DNA of 64,000 bases. It comes from an uncultured Chloroflexia bacterium. Lineage in GTDB: Bacteria > Chloroflexota > Limnocylindria > Limnocylindrales > CSP1-4. The stretch lies in contig CAWBQM010000002.1 in NCBI GenBank assembly GCA_963790955.1, positions 74,085 through 138,084 of the forward strand. Reading direction: 5' to 3'. Shown here piece by piece: positions 50,109 through 57,294 of this stretch. Under the pieces are notes generated by a model, which searched no databases, was not told the origin of the DNA, and saw only the letters and a list, made by a program, of their open reading frames with translations. The position numbers and the translations under genes are program-made. Numbering within the stretch: the first letter of the stretch is position 1; each line of letters starts with the position of its first letter.

Positions 50109-50612
50109 ATGCGCTGCCCGTCGTGCGGTCATGGGAACCTCGAGGGCGAGGATACGTGCGAGAACTGCGGCGCCTCGTTGTGGCCCGTCGACACGCCCAT
50201 CCCGGGCACGTCGTTCCATGACGCGCTGCTCGGCGAGCATCTCGACCGCCTCGGCGTCGAGCCACCCATGCTGGTCGATGCGGCATCGCCGGTCGCGGAC
50301 ACCCTCGAGTTGATGCGCGCGAACGGCACGGACTGCGTGCTGGCCATGTACGAGGGCGGCCTGCTCGGGATCTTCACCGAGCGCGACGCGGTCGTGAAGG
50401 TCGCCGGTTTCCGACAGGACGCCTTCGCGGTCCGCGACGTCATGACCCGCGACCCGGTCGTGCTGCGACCCGACGACACCCTGGCCGTGGCGATCCACAA
50501 GATGGCCGTCGGGGGCTTCCGGCATATTCCCGTGCTTGACGCCGCGGGTCAGCCATTGGGCGTGCTGACGGCGAAGGACGTGTTCCGGCACGTTCTCGCG
50601 ACCGCCGGCTAG
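50109..50612 (+). CDS. zinc-ribbon plus CBS-pair domain protein
   Basis: GGAGGAGGA lies upstream. MRCPSCGHGN..CENCG is followed by two CBS motifs (GLLGIFTERDAV; IPVLDAAGQPLGVLTAKDVF). Confidence 0.8.
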   Translation: MRCPSCGHGNLEGEDTCENCGASLWPVDTPIPGTSFHDALLGEHLDRLGVEPPMLVDAASPVADTLELMRANGTDCVLAMYEGGLLGIFTERDAVVKVAGFRQDAFAVRDVMTRDPVVLRPDDTLAVAIHKMAVGGFRHIPVLDAAGQPLGVLTAKDVFRHVLATAG

Positions 50613-50626
50613 GCGACCCGCCGGAC

Positions 50627-51019
50627 GTGGCGGCGCGCGTTCTCGTCCTGGCCGACGACCTCATCTGGCAAACGCGCCTCGTGGCGGCGGTGCGGGCTGC
50701 CGGGGCCGTGGCCGAGCCGGCGGCCGGCCTGCCCGCGCTCCAGCGCTCCCTGGCCTCCGTGGACGCCGTCCTGATCGACCTGACCGCACGCGCGTACGAG
50801 CCGCTCGACGCGGTGCGCGCGGTCGCCTCGGCGCGACCGGGGCTGCCGCTCCTCGCGGTCGGACCGCACGACGATCACGAACGTCGACGGCAGGCGCTCG
50901 AGGCCGGTGCGTCCCGCGCACTGGCCTACCGCAAGCTGCACGAGGACGGTCCGTCGACGATCCGTCGCTGGCTCGAACGGACATCTGAGGGATCCGCCGG
51001 AGCCGAACCAACGGCATGA
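50627..51019 (+). CDS. stand-alone receiver (CheY-like) domain protein, possibly atypical
   Basis: VLVLADD .. VLIDL .. LLAVGPH .. AYRK follows the receiver-fold pattern. GTG start. Confidence 0.5.
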   Translation: MAARVLVLADDLIWQTRLVAAVRAAGAVAEPAAGLPALQRSLASVDAVLIDLTARAYEPLDAVRAVASARPGLPLLAVGPHDDHERRRQALEAGASRALAYRKLHEDGPSTIRRWLERTSEGSAGAEPTA

Positions 51020-52185
51020 CCGAATCGACCACTTCGGACGCGCGCGAAGCGGCCATCCCGGAGTCCCGCTATGCCGAGCGCCTGGCGCGGGCCCGTCAGG
51101 TCGTCCAAGAGGCGGGCCTTTCGGCGCTGCTGGTCGGCGTCGGGCCGGATCTGCGCTACCTCACCGGCTACACAGCGCTGCTGACCGAGCGGCTGACCCT
51201 GCTGGTCGTGCCCGCCGATGGTGCGTGCCGGCTCGTCGTGCCCCGCCTCGAGGCCGACCCGGCCGGCCGAGCGCCGGCGGCCCGCTCCGGCCTCGTCGAG
51301 ATCGCCCCCTGGCGCGAGACCGACGACCCGTATGCGCTCGTCGCCTCGCTCGTGGACAGCACACCGGGGGGTGTCGGCGTGTCGGACACGCTGTGGGCGA
51401 TGCACGTGCTGGCGATCCAGGGCCACCTGCCCGATCGACCTGTTCGCCTCGGCTCGTCGGTGACCCGCCGGCTGCGCATGATCAAGGACGCCAAGGAGAT
51501 CGAGTTGCTGCGCCGTGCCGCCGAAGCGGCCGACCGGGTCGTCGCCCACATCGCCGGCGGGCGGCTCGTCGGACGCTCCGAGGCCGACATTGCCCGCGAG
51601 GTCCGCGAGCGCCTCGTGGCCGAGGGCCATGACAGCGCCGAGTTCGCGATCGTCGCCTCGGGCCCCAACTCGGCCTCGCCCCACCACGACGCATCCGGTC
51701 GAGTCGTCGGCCCCGGCGATCCCATCGTTCTCGACATCGGCGGACCACTGGCCGGCTACGGGTCCGACATCACCAGGATGGTGTGGGTGACCGGGGGCAA
51801 TCCGCGTCACGAGCCTGATCTCGACTTCGTGCGCATATTCGAGGTCGTGCGTGAGGCGCAGCGCATCGCGACCGATGCCGTTCGGCCCGGGATCCGGGCC
51901 GCCGCCCTGGACCGGATGGCGCGGGACGTGATCGAGGCGGCGGGCTACGGCGAGGCCTTTCTGCACCGGCTCGGACACGGCATCGGGCTCGAGGGCCACG
52001 AGCATCCGTATCTGGTGGCCGGCGACGACACGGCGCTCGAGCGCGGCATGGCCTTCTCGATCGAGCCAGGCATCTACCTCGAGGGGCGCTTCGGCGTCCG
52101 CTTGGAGGACATCGTCGTGTGCGGGACCGACGGACCGATCGTCCTCAACCGCGCCGACCACGACCTGTACGTGGTCGACGGCTGA
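51016..52185 (+). CDS. M24-family Xaa-Pro peptidase / aminopeptidase P
   Basis: ATGA overlap. Metal ligands lie in VLDIGG..GYGSDITR, HRLGHGIGLEGHE, FSIEPG and VRLED. Confidence 0.9.
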   Translation: MTESTTSDAREAAIPESRYAERLARARQVVQEAGLSALLVGVGPDLRYLTGYTALLTERLTLLVVPADGACRLVVPRLEADPAGRAPAARSGLVEIAPWRETDDPYALVASLVDSTPGGVGVSDTLWAMHVLAIQGHLPDRPVRLGSSVTRRLRMIKDAKEIELLRRAAEAADRVVAHIAGGRLVGRSEADIAREVRERLVAEGHDSAEFAIVASGPNSASPHHDASGRVVGPGDPIVLDIGGPLAGYGSDITRMVWVTGGNPRHEPDLDFVRIFEVVREAQRIATDAVRPGIRAAALDRMARDVIEAAGYGEAFLHRLGHGIGLEGHEHPYLVAGDDTALERGMAFSIEPGIYLEGRFGVRLEDIVVCGTDGPIVLNRADHDLYVVDG

Positions 52186-52226
52186 CCGGCCGGGCCCGGC
52201 GCCAAGCGCGGTCGCCGGCCTGCGTT

Positions 52227-52940
52227 ATGATTCCTGAACATCCCGGCGATGCCGACGCCGGGCGCCCGAGAACCGTCCATGCATACCAGCTTCTCGCGAC
52301 ACACCCGCGTCGCGGACCAGATCAGCGGGGCCTCGTTGCGTCGTTCCCGCCGCCCGTTGCCGGGCTGATGGGCCGCCGCTCGCATCGTCACGGCCACCAC
52401 GGACATCGACTGGGCCGGAGCGAGTTGCCGCGCCCCGGACCGGCTCGGGAGGTGCTCGGGAACGCCGCCGGGTCCGCCCTGGTCGAGCAGGTCGTCGAGA
52501 TCCATCAGGCTGCCGTGGCCGAGGCACACGACCCCATGCCGACGCCATGGTCCGAGCCGGCCACGATCGAACGCGCAGCGGCGCACGGGACGACCGAGTC
52601 ACGACCGGGCTCGGATGCGTCCATTCCGACCCGGCCGGCTGCCGATCGCTCGGAGCGGGCAGGGGCATGCACGGCCCCACAGCTTCGGCGCTTCATCAAG
52701 AGCCGACCCTACGTGCCGATGCACGAGCTTCGGCGCAGGTTCGGGATCGACGGGCAGGACGACGACGTCACCCAGATCGACATCGACGGCCGGCGCCTCT
52801 ATGTCGGGTTGCCGCAACCCGAGGGATCGCTGCTCGGCGAGTTGCTGCGCTCGGGGGACGTGGGCTACGAGCTCTCGCACGATCCGACGAGTCCGATCGT
52901 CGTGGGCGTCTTCGCGATGCGACCCGTGCCGCGAACCTGA
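52227..52940 (+). CDS. hypothetical protein with His-rich segment (SHRHGHHGH) and a conserved-looking C-terminal domain
   Basis: High third-position GC in this frame. The C-terminal 90 aa (PQLRRFIKSRPYVPMHELRRRFGIDG..VGYELSHDPTSPIVVGVF) looks globular. The start is very uncertain (ATG 52227, 52369 or 52537). Confidence 0.4.
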   Translation: MIPEHPGDADAGRPRTVHAYQLLATHPRRGPDQRGLVASFPPPVAGLMGRRSHRHGHHGHRLGRSELPRPGPAREVLGNAAGSALVEQVVEIHQAAVAEAHDPMPTPWSEPATIERAAAHGTTESRPGSDASIPTRPAADRSERAGACTAPQLRRFIKSRPYVPMHELRRRFGIDGQDDDVTQIDIDGRRLYVGLPQPEGSLLGELLRSGDVGYELSHDPTSPIVVGVFAMRPVPRT

Positions 52941-52999
52941 GCGCAGTGCGGGCTGGCGGGAGGCTGGTCATCGGCAACGGCTCTCGCGAAGCGCGGGCG

Positions 53000-53015
53000 T
53001 GTCCTGTAGCTGACA
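53000..53015. promoter_or_regulatory. TGTC-N8-GACA palindrome (CRP/FNR-type geometry) upstream of repeat gene A
   Basis: TGTCCTGTAGCTGACA is centred about 117 nt before ATG 53125. A near-identical site, TGTCGGGCAGCTGACA, sits about 116 nt before the ATG of repeat gene B. Confidence 0.45.
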
Positions 53016-53079
53016 GGCGCGACGTCCCGCCCGCCACTGGACGCCGCCGTGACCGGGCCTGATCATGAGCCAACGTCCA

Positions 53080-53096
53080 TGTGAGGCGGGATCACA
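53080..53096. promoter_or_regulatory. TGTGA-N7-TCACA inverted repeat upstream of repeat gene A
   Basis: TGTGAGGCGGGATCACA lies 29-45 nt before ATG 53125. The half-sites are CRP-like but the spacer is one nt longer than the canonical N6. Confidence 0.35.
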
Positions 53097-53124
53097 GACA
53101 AGAGAGAGAATGGAGTAGGGCGAG

Positions 53125-53550
53125 ATGCCGAACCAACCGCGTGAGAGCGTCGCGACGCCGCGCGACGAGAGCGACGTCGAGGGCCACGGCCACGGCACGC
53201 CGCGAGCCACCGAGAGCGACGACGTCGAGGGCCACGGCCACGGCACGCCGCGAGCCACCGAGAGCGACGACGTCGAGGGCCACGGCCACGGCACGCCGCG
53301 AGCCACTGAGAGCGACGACGTCGAGGGCCACGGCCACGGCACGCCGCGAGCCACCGAGAGCGACGACGTCGAGGGCCACGGCCACGGCACGCCGCGAGCC
53401 ACCGAGAGCGACGACGTCGAGGGCCACTCGATGCTGCCGATCGACCCGTCGATGGCTCGGCACCTCGCCAACGCCCGCGAATCCGAGATCCGCCAGCACC
53501 TGAAGCGGCACGAGTTCGAAGCGGACGCGCGCCGGCCGCACAAGCGCTGA
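53125..53550 (+). CDS. acidic His-rich tandem-repeat protein A: 5.3 copies of DVEGHGHGTPRATESD
   Basis: 141 aa with GGAG 9 nt upstream. MPNQPRESV.. is followed by the repeats, then a unique basic tail MLPIDPSMARHLANARESEIRQHLKRHEFEADARRPHKR. There is no signal peptide or TM helix. Confidence 0.75.
   Translation: MPNQPRESVATPRDESDVEGHGHGTPRATESDDVEGHGHGTPRATESDDVEGHGHGTPRATESDDVEGHGHGTPRATESDDVEGHGHGTPRATESDDVEGHSMLPIDPSMARHLANARESEIRQHLKRHEFEADARRPHKR
53173..53427 (+). repeat. 48-nt in-frame tandem repeat array (5.3 copies)
   Basis: The unit is GACGTCGAGGGCCACGGCCACGGCACGCCGCGAGCCACCGAGAGCGAC. The copies are identical except for one synonymous ACC to ACT change in copy 3. Confidence 0.95.
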
Positions 53551-53595
53551 CGACACCTTCGGCCCGTCATCGGCGGGTCGAAAACCGGAGGCTTG

Positions 53596-54303
53596 ATGCC
53601 CGAAGCCGCTGACACGGACTTCGTCATCGACGTGCTTCGCCGCTCGGCGCTCTTCGGACGCGCCGAAGCGGCGAATCTGGTTGCCTGCGCCACGCAGATG
53701 CGTCGCCGGCGCTACCGGCGCAACGAGACCATCTTCCATCAGGGCGACCCGGGCGAGTCCCTGTACATCGTGGCCGAAGGTCGCGTGAAGATCGTGCTGC
53801 CGTCTCCGGAAGGTGAGGAGGCCGCGATCATCGCGACACTCGATCGCGGCGACTTCTTCGGCGAGCTCGCGCTCCTCGACGGAGCGCCGCATTCGGCCTC
53901 GGCCGTGGCCCTCGAGCCCACCGAGACGCTGGTGCTGCATCGCGATCCGTTCGAGCAGCTGGTCGAGGCCGATCCCGCACTCCGGCGAGCCCTGCTAGCC
54001 GGTCTTGCGGCCGAGCTGCGCCGGCTGACAGGCCACGTCGAGGAGCTCCATTTCCTGGACCTGCCCGGGCGGCTCGCGCGACGGCTCGTGCGAATCGCGG
54101 CCGAGACGGCACCCAAATCGCATACCGAGGTCCACCTCGACTGGCCGTATACCCAGTCGGAGCTGGCCGGCATGATCGGCGGCGCGCGCCAGTCGGTGAA
54201 CCGGCTGCTCGCCGATCTCGCCGCGCGCGATCTCATTCGCTACGAGCGCGACGTGCTCGTCATCCCCGACGTCGCGGCGCTGGAGCGCGCTGCGGAGCGG
54301 TGA
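53596..54303 (+). CDS. Crp/Fnr-family transcriptional regulator (cNMP-binding domain plus HTH)
   Basis: GGAGG lies upstream. IFHQGDPGESLYIVAEGRVKI, GDFFGELALLDG..RSASAVA, and the HTH TQSELAGMIGGARQSVNRLLADL are present. Confidence 0.9.
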   Translation: MPEAADTDFVIDVLRRSALFGRAEAANLVACATQMRRRRYRRNETIFHQGDPGESLYIVAEGRVKIVLPSPEGEEAAIIATLDRGDFFGELALLDGAPHSASAVALEPTETLVLHRDPFEQLVEADPALRRALLAGLAAELRRLTGHVEELHFLDLPGRLARRLVRIAAETAPKSHTEVHLDWPYTQSELAGMIGGARQSVNRLLADLAARDLIRYERDVLVIPDVAALERAAER

Positions 54304-55259
54304 CAGAACCGAGCGGCCGGTCGAGGCGTTCATCGCGATCGCCGCGCCGGGGGTCCGCGCGCGGCCGGCGCGACCTCGATCGCGAAGCGGACCTTTCCGA
54401 ATCGGCGCGGCAGGTGCTTGCCCGGATCGCGCTCCGGGCCGAAGCCGCTCGGCGCCTGGAGCTCGGCGCCGGTGAGGCGGTTCTGCGCTCGATCGTCGAC
54501 GCGACCGTCCGCCTGTTCGAGGCCGAGGCCGCGTCACTCGCTCTGTTCGATCCCGCGCTCAACAGACTCGTCTTCCGCGTCGCGGCCGGGGAGCAAGGTT
54601 CTGGCGTCGTCGGGCTCTCGATCGCGCCGGATCAGGGCCTCGTCGGCTACGTGTACAGCACCGGCCAGGCGCTTGCGCTGTCCGACGTCCGCAACGACGC
54701 CCGCTTCGGGCGCGCCTTCGCCGAGCAGACGCAGTACGTGCCCCGCTCGATCGTGGCGGTGCCGCTGGTCGACGAGCAGGGTGTGCTGGGCGTCCTCGAG
54801 GTCCTGGACAAGCGCTCGTCGGAGGCATTCAGCCTGCGCGACATCGAGCTCGCCTCCGTATTCGCAGGACAGGCTGCCGTCGCCATCCGCGCCAGTCGCG
54901 TCGAACGTGACACGACGCAGATCCTGCGCTCGGCCTTGGGCACGCTGTCGGCCGACGCGTCCGCCGAGACAGGTGCCACGGACGCGGAGGGGGCACAAAC
55001 CGATGGGGCGACGGCTGCCGCCCTGGACGAGCTGGTCGGCGACGCGATGCGCGCCCTCGGCACCGACGACGCGACGGGTCTGTGGCGGCTCGTGGAGGCG
55101 ATCGCGCGCGCCCGCCGAGCCGAGCCCGAGCAGCTGGACCTCGTCGCCGACCTCCTCGCTGTCCTGGCCGATCATGCCGAGCGGCGTCGGACGGGACGAA
55201 CCGACCGCGCGCGCCGCTACGCCGGCCGTACGCGCGGCACGTCCTCCGCCACGGACTGA
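54300..55259 (+). CDS. GAF-domain protein
   Basis: GTGA overlap with the crp-like stop. Core: AASLALFDPALNRLVFRVAAGEQG..GLVGYVYSTGQALALSDV..DARF..SIVAVPLVDEQGVLGVLEVLDK. Confidence 0.8.
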   Translation: MTEPSGRSRRSSRSPRRGSARGRRDLDREADLSESARQVLARIALRAEAARRLELGAGEAVLRSIVDATVRLFEAEAASLALFDPALNRLVFRVAAGEQGSGVVGLSIAPDQGLVGYVYSTGQALALSDVRNDARFGRAFAEQTQYVPRSIVAVPLVDEQGVLGVLEVLDKRSSEAFSLRDIELASVFAGQAAVAIRASRVERDTTQILRSALGTLSADASAETGATDAEGAQTDGATAAALDELVGDAMRALGTDDATGLWRLVEAIARARRAEPEQLDLVADLLAVLADHAERRRTGRTDRARRYAGRTRGTSSATD

Positions 55260-55264
55260 TCGCC

Positions 55265-56122
55265 GTGTCCGAGCTCGACCTGCCCGCCTGGAGCGAACCG
55301 TTCGTCGGGGAGCGACGCGCCGCCCTGGCACGTCGGCTACCGCTCGGTCGCATGGATCGCGAGCTCGCATGGGGCGGCGCGGACGGTTCGGGCGTCACGG
55401 TCGCGATCATCGATTCCGGGGTTGAGCGCGAGCACCCGGCCGTGGGCGGGATGCTCCGCCGAAGCATGCTCGTCGAGCTGGACGAGGAGGGCGAGGCGCG
55501 GGTGTCGGAGGATTCGGAAGCGCGTGACGTCGTCGGTCACGGGACCGCCTGCGCGGGCATCATCCACAGCCTCGCACCCGGCGCCGAGATCCTGTCGGTA
55601 CGGGTCCTCGGCCCTGACAACCGAGGCAAGGGCGCGGTATTCGCGGCGGGCCTCGAGTGGGCGATCGACGCCGGGGCAGGCGTCGTCAACCTGAGCCTGT
55701 CGTCGAAGAGCGACGCGATGTTCGGGATCTTCCATGAGCTGGCCGATGCCGCTTACTTCGCCAACGTCCTGCTCGTGTCGGCGGCCAACAACGTCCCCGG
55801 ACCCAGCTATCCATCGCTGTTCGCGGCCGTGGTGTCGGTCGCCGCGCACGATCTGCCGGATCCCGAGGCGTTCTTCTACAACCCGGCGCCGCCGGTCGAG
55901 TTCGGAGCTCGCGGCGTCGACGTCGAGGTGGCCTGGCGGAACGGTGCGCGCATGATCGCGACCGGCAACAGCTTTGCGGCGCCACACATCGCGGGCCTGG
56001 CGACGCGGATCCGCTCGAAACACCCCTCACTCACGCCGTTCGAGCTCAAGACCATCCTGGCGGCGACCGCGAGCCCGGTCGCCGAGGCGCCCGGCGAGCC
56101 GGCCGCGGTCGCCCGCGGTTGA
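55265..56122 (+). CDS. S8-family (subtilisin-like) serine peptidase, no signal peptide
   Basis: Catalytic triad boxes are VAIIDSGV (Asp), GHGTACAGII (His) and GNSFAAPHIAG (Ser). The start is GTG 55265, 5 nt after the GAF stop, or ATG 55352. Confidence 0.9.
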   Translation: MSELDLPAWSEPFVGERRAALARRLPLGRMDRELAWGGADGSGVTVAIIDSGVEREHPAVGGMLRRSMLVELDEEGEARVSEDSEARDVVGHGTACAGIIHSLAPGAEILSVRVLGPDNRGKGAVFAAGLEWAIDAGAGVVNLSLSSKSDAMFGIFHELADAAYFANVLLVSAANNVPGPSYPSLFAAVVSVAAHDLPDPEAFFYNPAPPVEFGARGVDVEVAWRNGARMIATGNSFAAPHIAGLATRIRSKHPSLTPFELKTILAATASPVAEAPGEPAAVARG

Positions 56123-56206
56123 GGAGCCCGGTCGGCCCCGCCGTGTGATGCCCGGGCCGGGCCGGCCGCGGGGAGGGTTGTGCCCGCGCACGGCGCCCGA
56201 CCGCGC

Positions 56207-56647
56207 ATGACGACGCGCGGGGCCGGGCCGTCGCTCGACGATCTGGCCAGGCGAGCGGCAGCCCTTCCGCACGCGGTCGGCCGACCGATCGTCGGCATCA
56301 CTGGACCGCCAGGTGCGGGCAAGACCAGCCTGGCGCGAGCCCTCGTGGCCGCGCTCGCGGCACATCATGTCGCCGCCGTCGCGATCCCGATGGACGGCTT
56401 CCACCTGTCCAATGCCGAGCTCGATCGGCGGGGATTGCGGCACGTCAAGGGCGCTCCCGACACGTTCGACGCCGCCATCGACCGGCACGTGCGCCATGGT
56501 CGCAGCCGCGCCGCCGCGACGGCGTGGGTCCTGCGCAGCGACGAGACGAACGCGTTGCTCATCGCACGGACCCGTGATCGGGCCCAACTGGTGATCCCGG
56601 ACCTGCCGTCCGGATTGGGATGGGATGAGGCCGCGACGGGCCCATGA
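56207..56647 (+). CDS. P-loop nucleoside/nucleotide-kinase-family protein with an apparent in-frame internal deletion (possibly non-functional)
   Basis: GITGPPGAGKTS (Walker A), PMDGFHLSN and KGAPDTFDAA run directly into RHVRHGRS..AWVLRSDETNALLIARTRDRAQLVI. This family is normally about 200 aa and has a substrate-binding and Walker B-like segment between these blocks. Confidence 0.6.
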   Translation: MTTRGAGPSLDDLARRAAALPHAVGRPIVGITGPPGAGKTSLARALVAALAAHHVAAVAIPMDGFHLSNAELDRRGLRHVKGAPDTFDAAIDRHVRHGRSRAAATAWVLRSDETNALLIARTRDRAQLVIPDLPSGLGWDEAATGP

Positions 56648-56652
56648 ACGCG

Positions 56653-56692
56653 CGATCGCCCGCGTCCCGGGCTATCCGGGGGCGGGCGATCG
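56653..56692. terminator. 11-bp perfect-stem hairpin between the convergent kinase-like gene and repeat gene B
   Basis: CGATCGCCCGC-(18 nt loop with inner CCCGG/CCGGG)-GCGGGCGATCG. No U-tract. Confidence 0.45.
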
Positions 56693-56744
56693 AGCTGCTC
56701 GGCCGGCGGATGCGGGCGACCGGCCGATGGAGGAGGCGAGTGTT

Positions 56745-57143
56745 CTATTCGCCCCGGCTCAGCGGACTCCGGGGCTGCATCCCGTGGCCTTCGACGTCGT
56801 CGTCACTCTCCACGGCGCGTGGCGTGCCGTGGCCGTGACCCTCGACGTCGTCGCTCTCCACCGCGCGTGGCGTGCCGTGGCCGTGACCCTCGACGTCGTC
56901 GCTCTCCACGGCGCGTGGCGTGCCGTGGCCGTGACCCTCGACGTCGTCGCTCTCCACCGCGCGTGGCGTGCCGTGGCCGTGACCCTCGACGTCGTCGCTC
57001 TCCACCGCGCGTGGCGTGCCGTGGCCGTGACCCTCGACGTCGTCGCTCTCCACCGCGCGTGGCGTGCCGTGGCCGTGACCCTCGACGTCGTCGTCGTTCT
57101 GCGTGGCCCGCATCATGACACCCTCACGGGGATTGTTCGGCAT
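56745..57143 (-). CDS. acidic His-rich tandem-repeat protein B: 6.5 copies of DVEGHGHGTPRAVESD
   Basis: Inner ATG 57143 has GGAGGA 8 nt upstream. The N-terminus MPNNPREGV.. parallels protein A. It has a short unique tail, GMQPRSPLSRGE. The upstream part of tracked ORF 56745..57596 is junk. Confidence 0.75.
   Translation of the reverse strand: MPNNPREGVMMRATQNDDDVEGHGHGTPRAVESDDVEGHGHGTPRAVESDDVEGHGHGTPRAVESDDVEGHGHGTPRAVESDDVEGHGHGTPRAVESDDVEGHGHGTPRAVESDDDVEGHGMQPRSPLSRGE
56784..57094 (-). repeat. 48-nt in-frame tandem repeat array (6.5 copies), inverted relative to array A
   Basis: The unit, read on the minus strand, is GACGTCGAGGGTCACGGCCACGGCACGCCACGCGCGGTGGAGAGCGAC. The only internal variation is synonymous GCG/GCC. 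Confidence 0.95.
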
Positions 57144-57251
57144 GAGACCGTCCTCCTGGAAGAGGCCGCCGGACATTCGTTTCCGCCGCACCTGTTGGGG
57201 AACGGTACCTGGATCGGCTTCCGCCCGGAAGCCCCCCCGGCACAGCTCGGC

Positions 57252-57267
57252 TGTCAGCTGCCCGACA
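57252..57267. promoter_or_regulatory. TGTC-N8-GACA palindrome upstream of repeat gene B
   Basis: The minus strand reads TGTCGGGCAGCTGACA, centred about 116 nt before ATG 57143. It shares 12 of 16 positions, including AGCTGACA, with site 53000..53015. Confidence 0.45.
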
Positions 57268-57294
57268 CCAGGCGTATCGGCGAACCGTTCCAGG

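Noticed and set aside
53173-57094. The regular 48-nt repeats could be mistaken for CRISPR arrays.
   Set aside because: The copies are contiguous with no unique spacers. They are in frame within SD-preceded ORFs. No cas genes are present.
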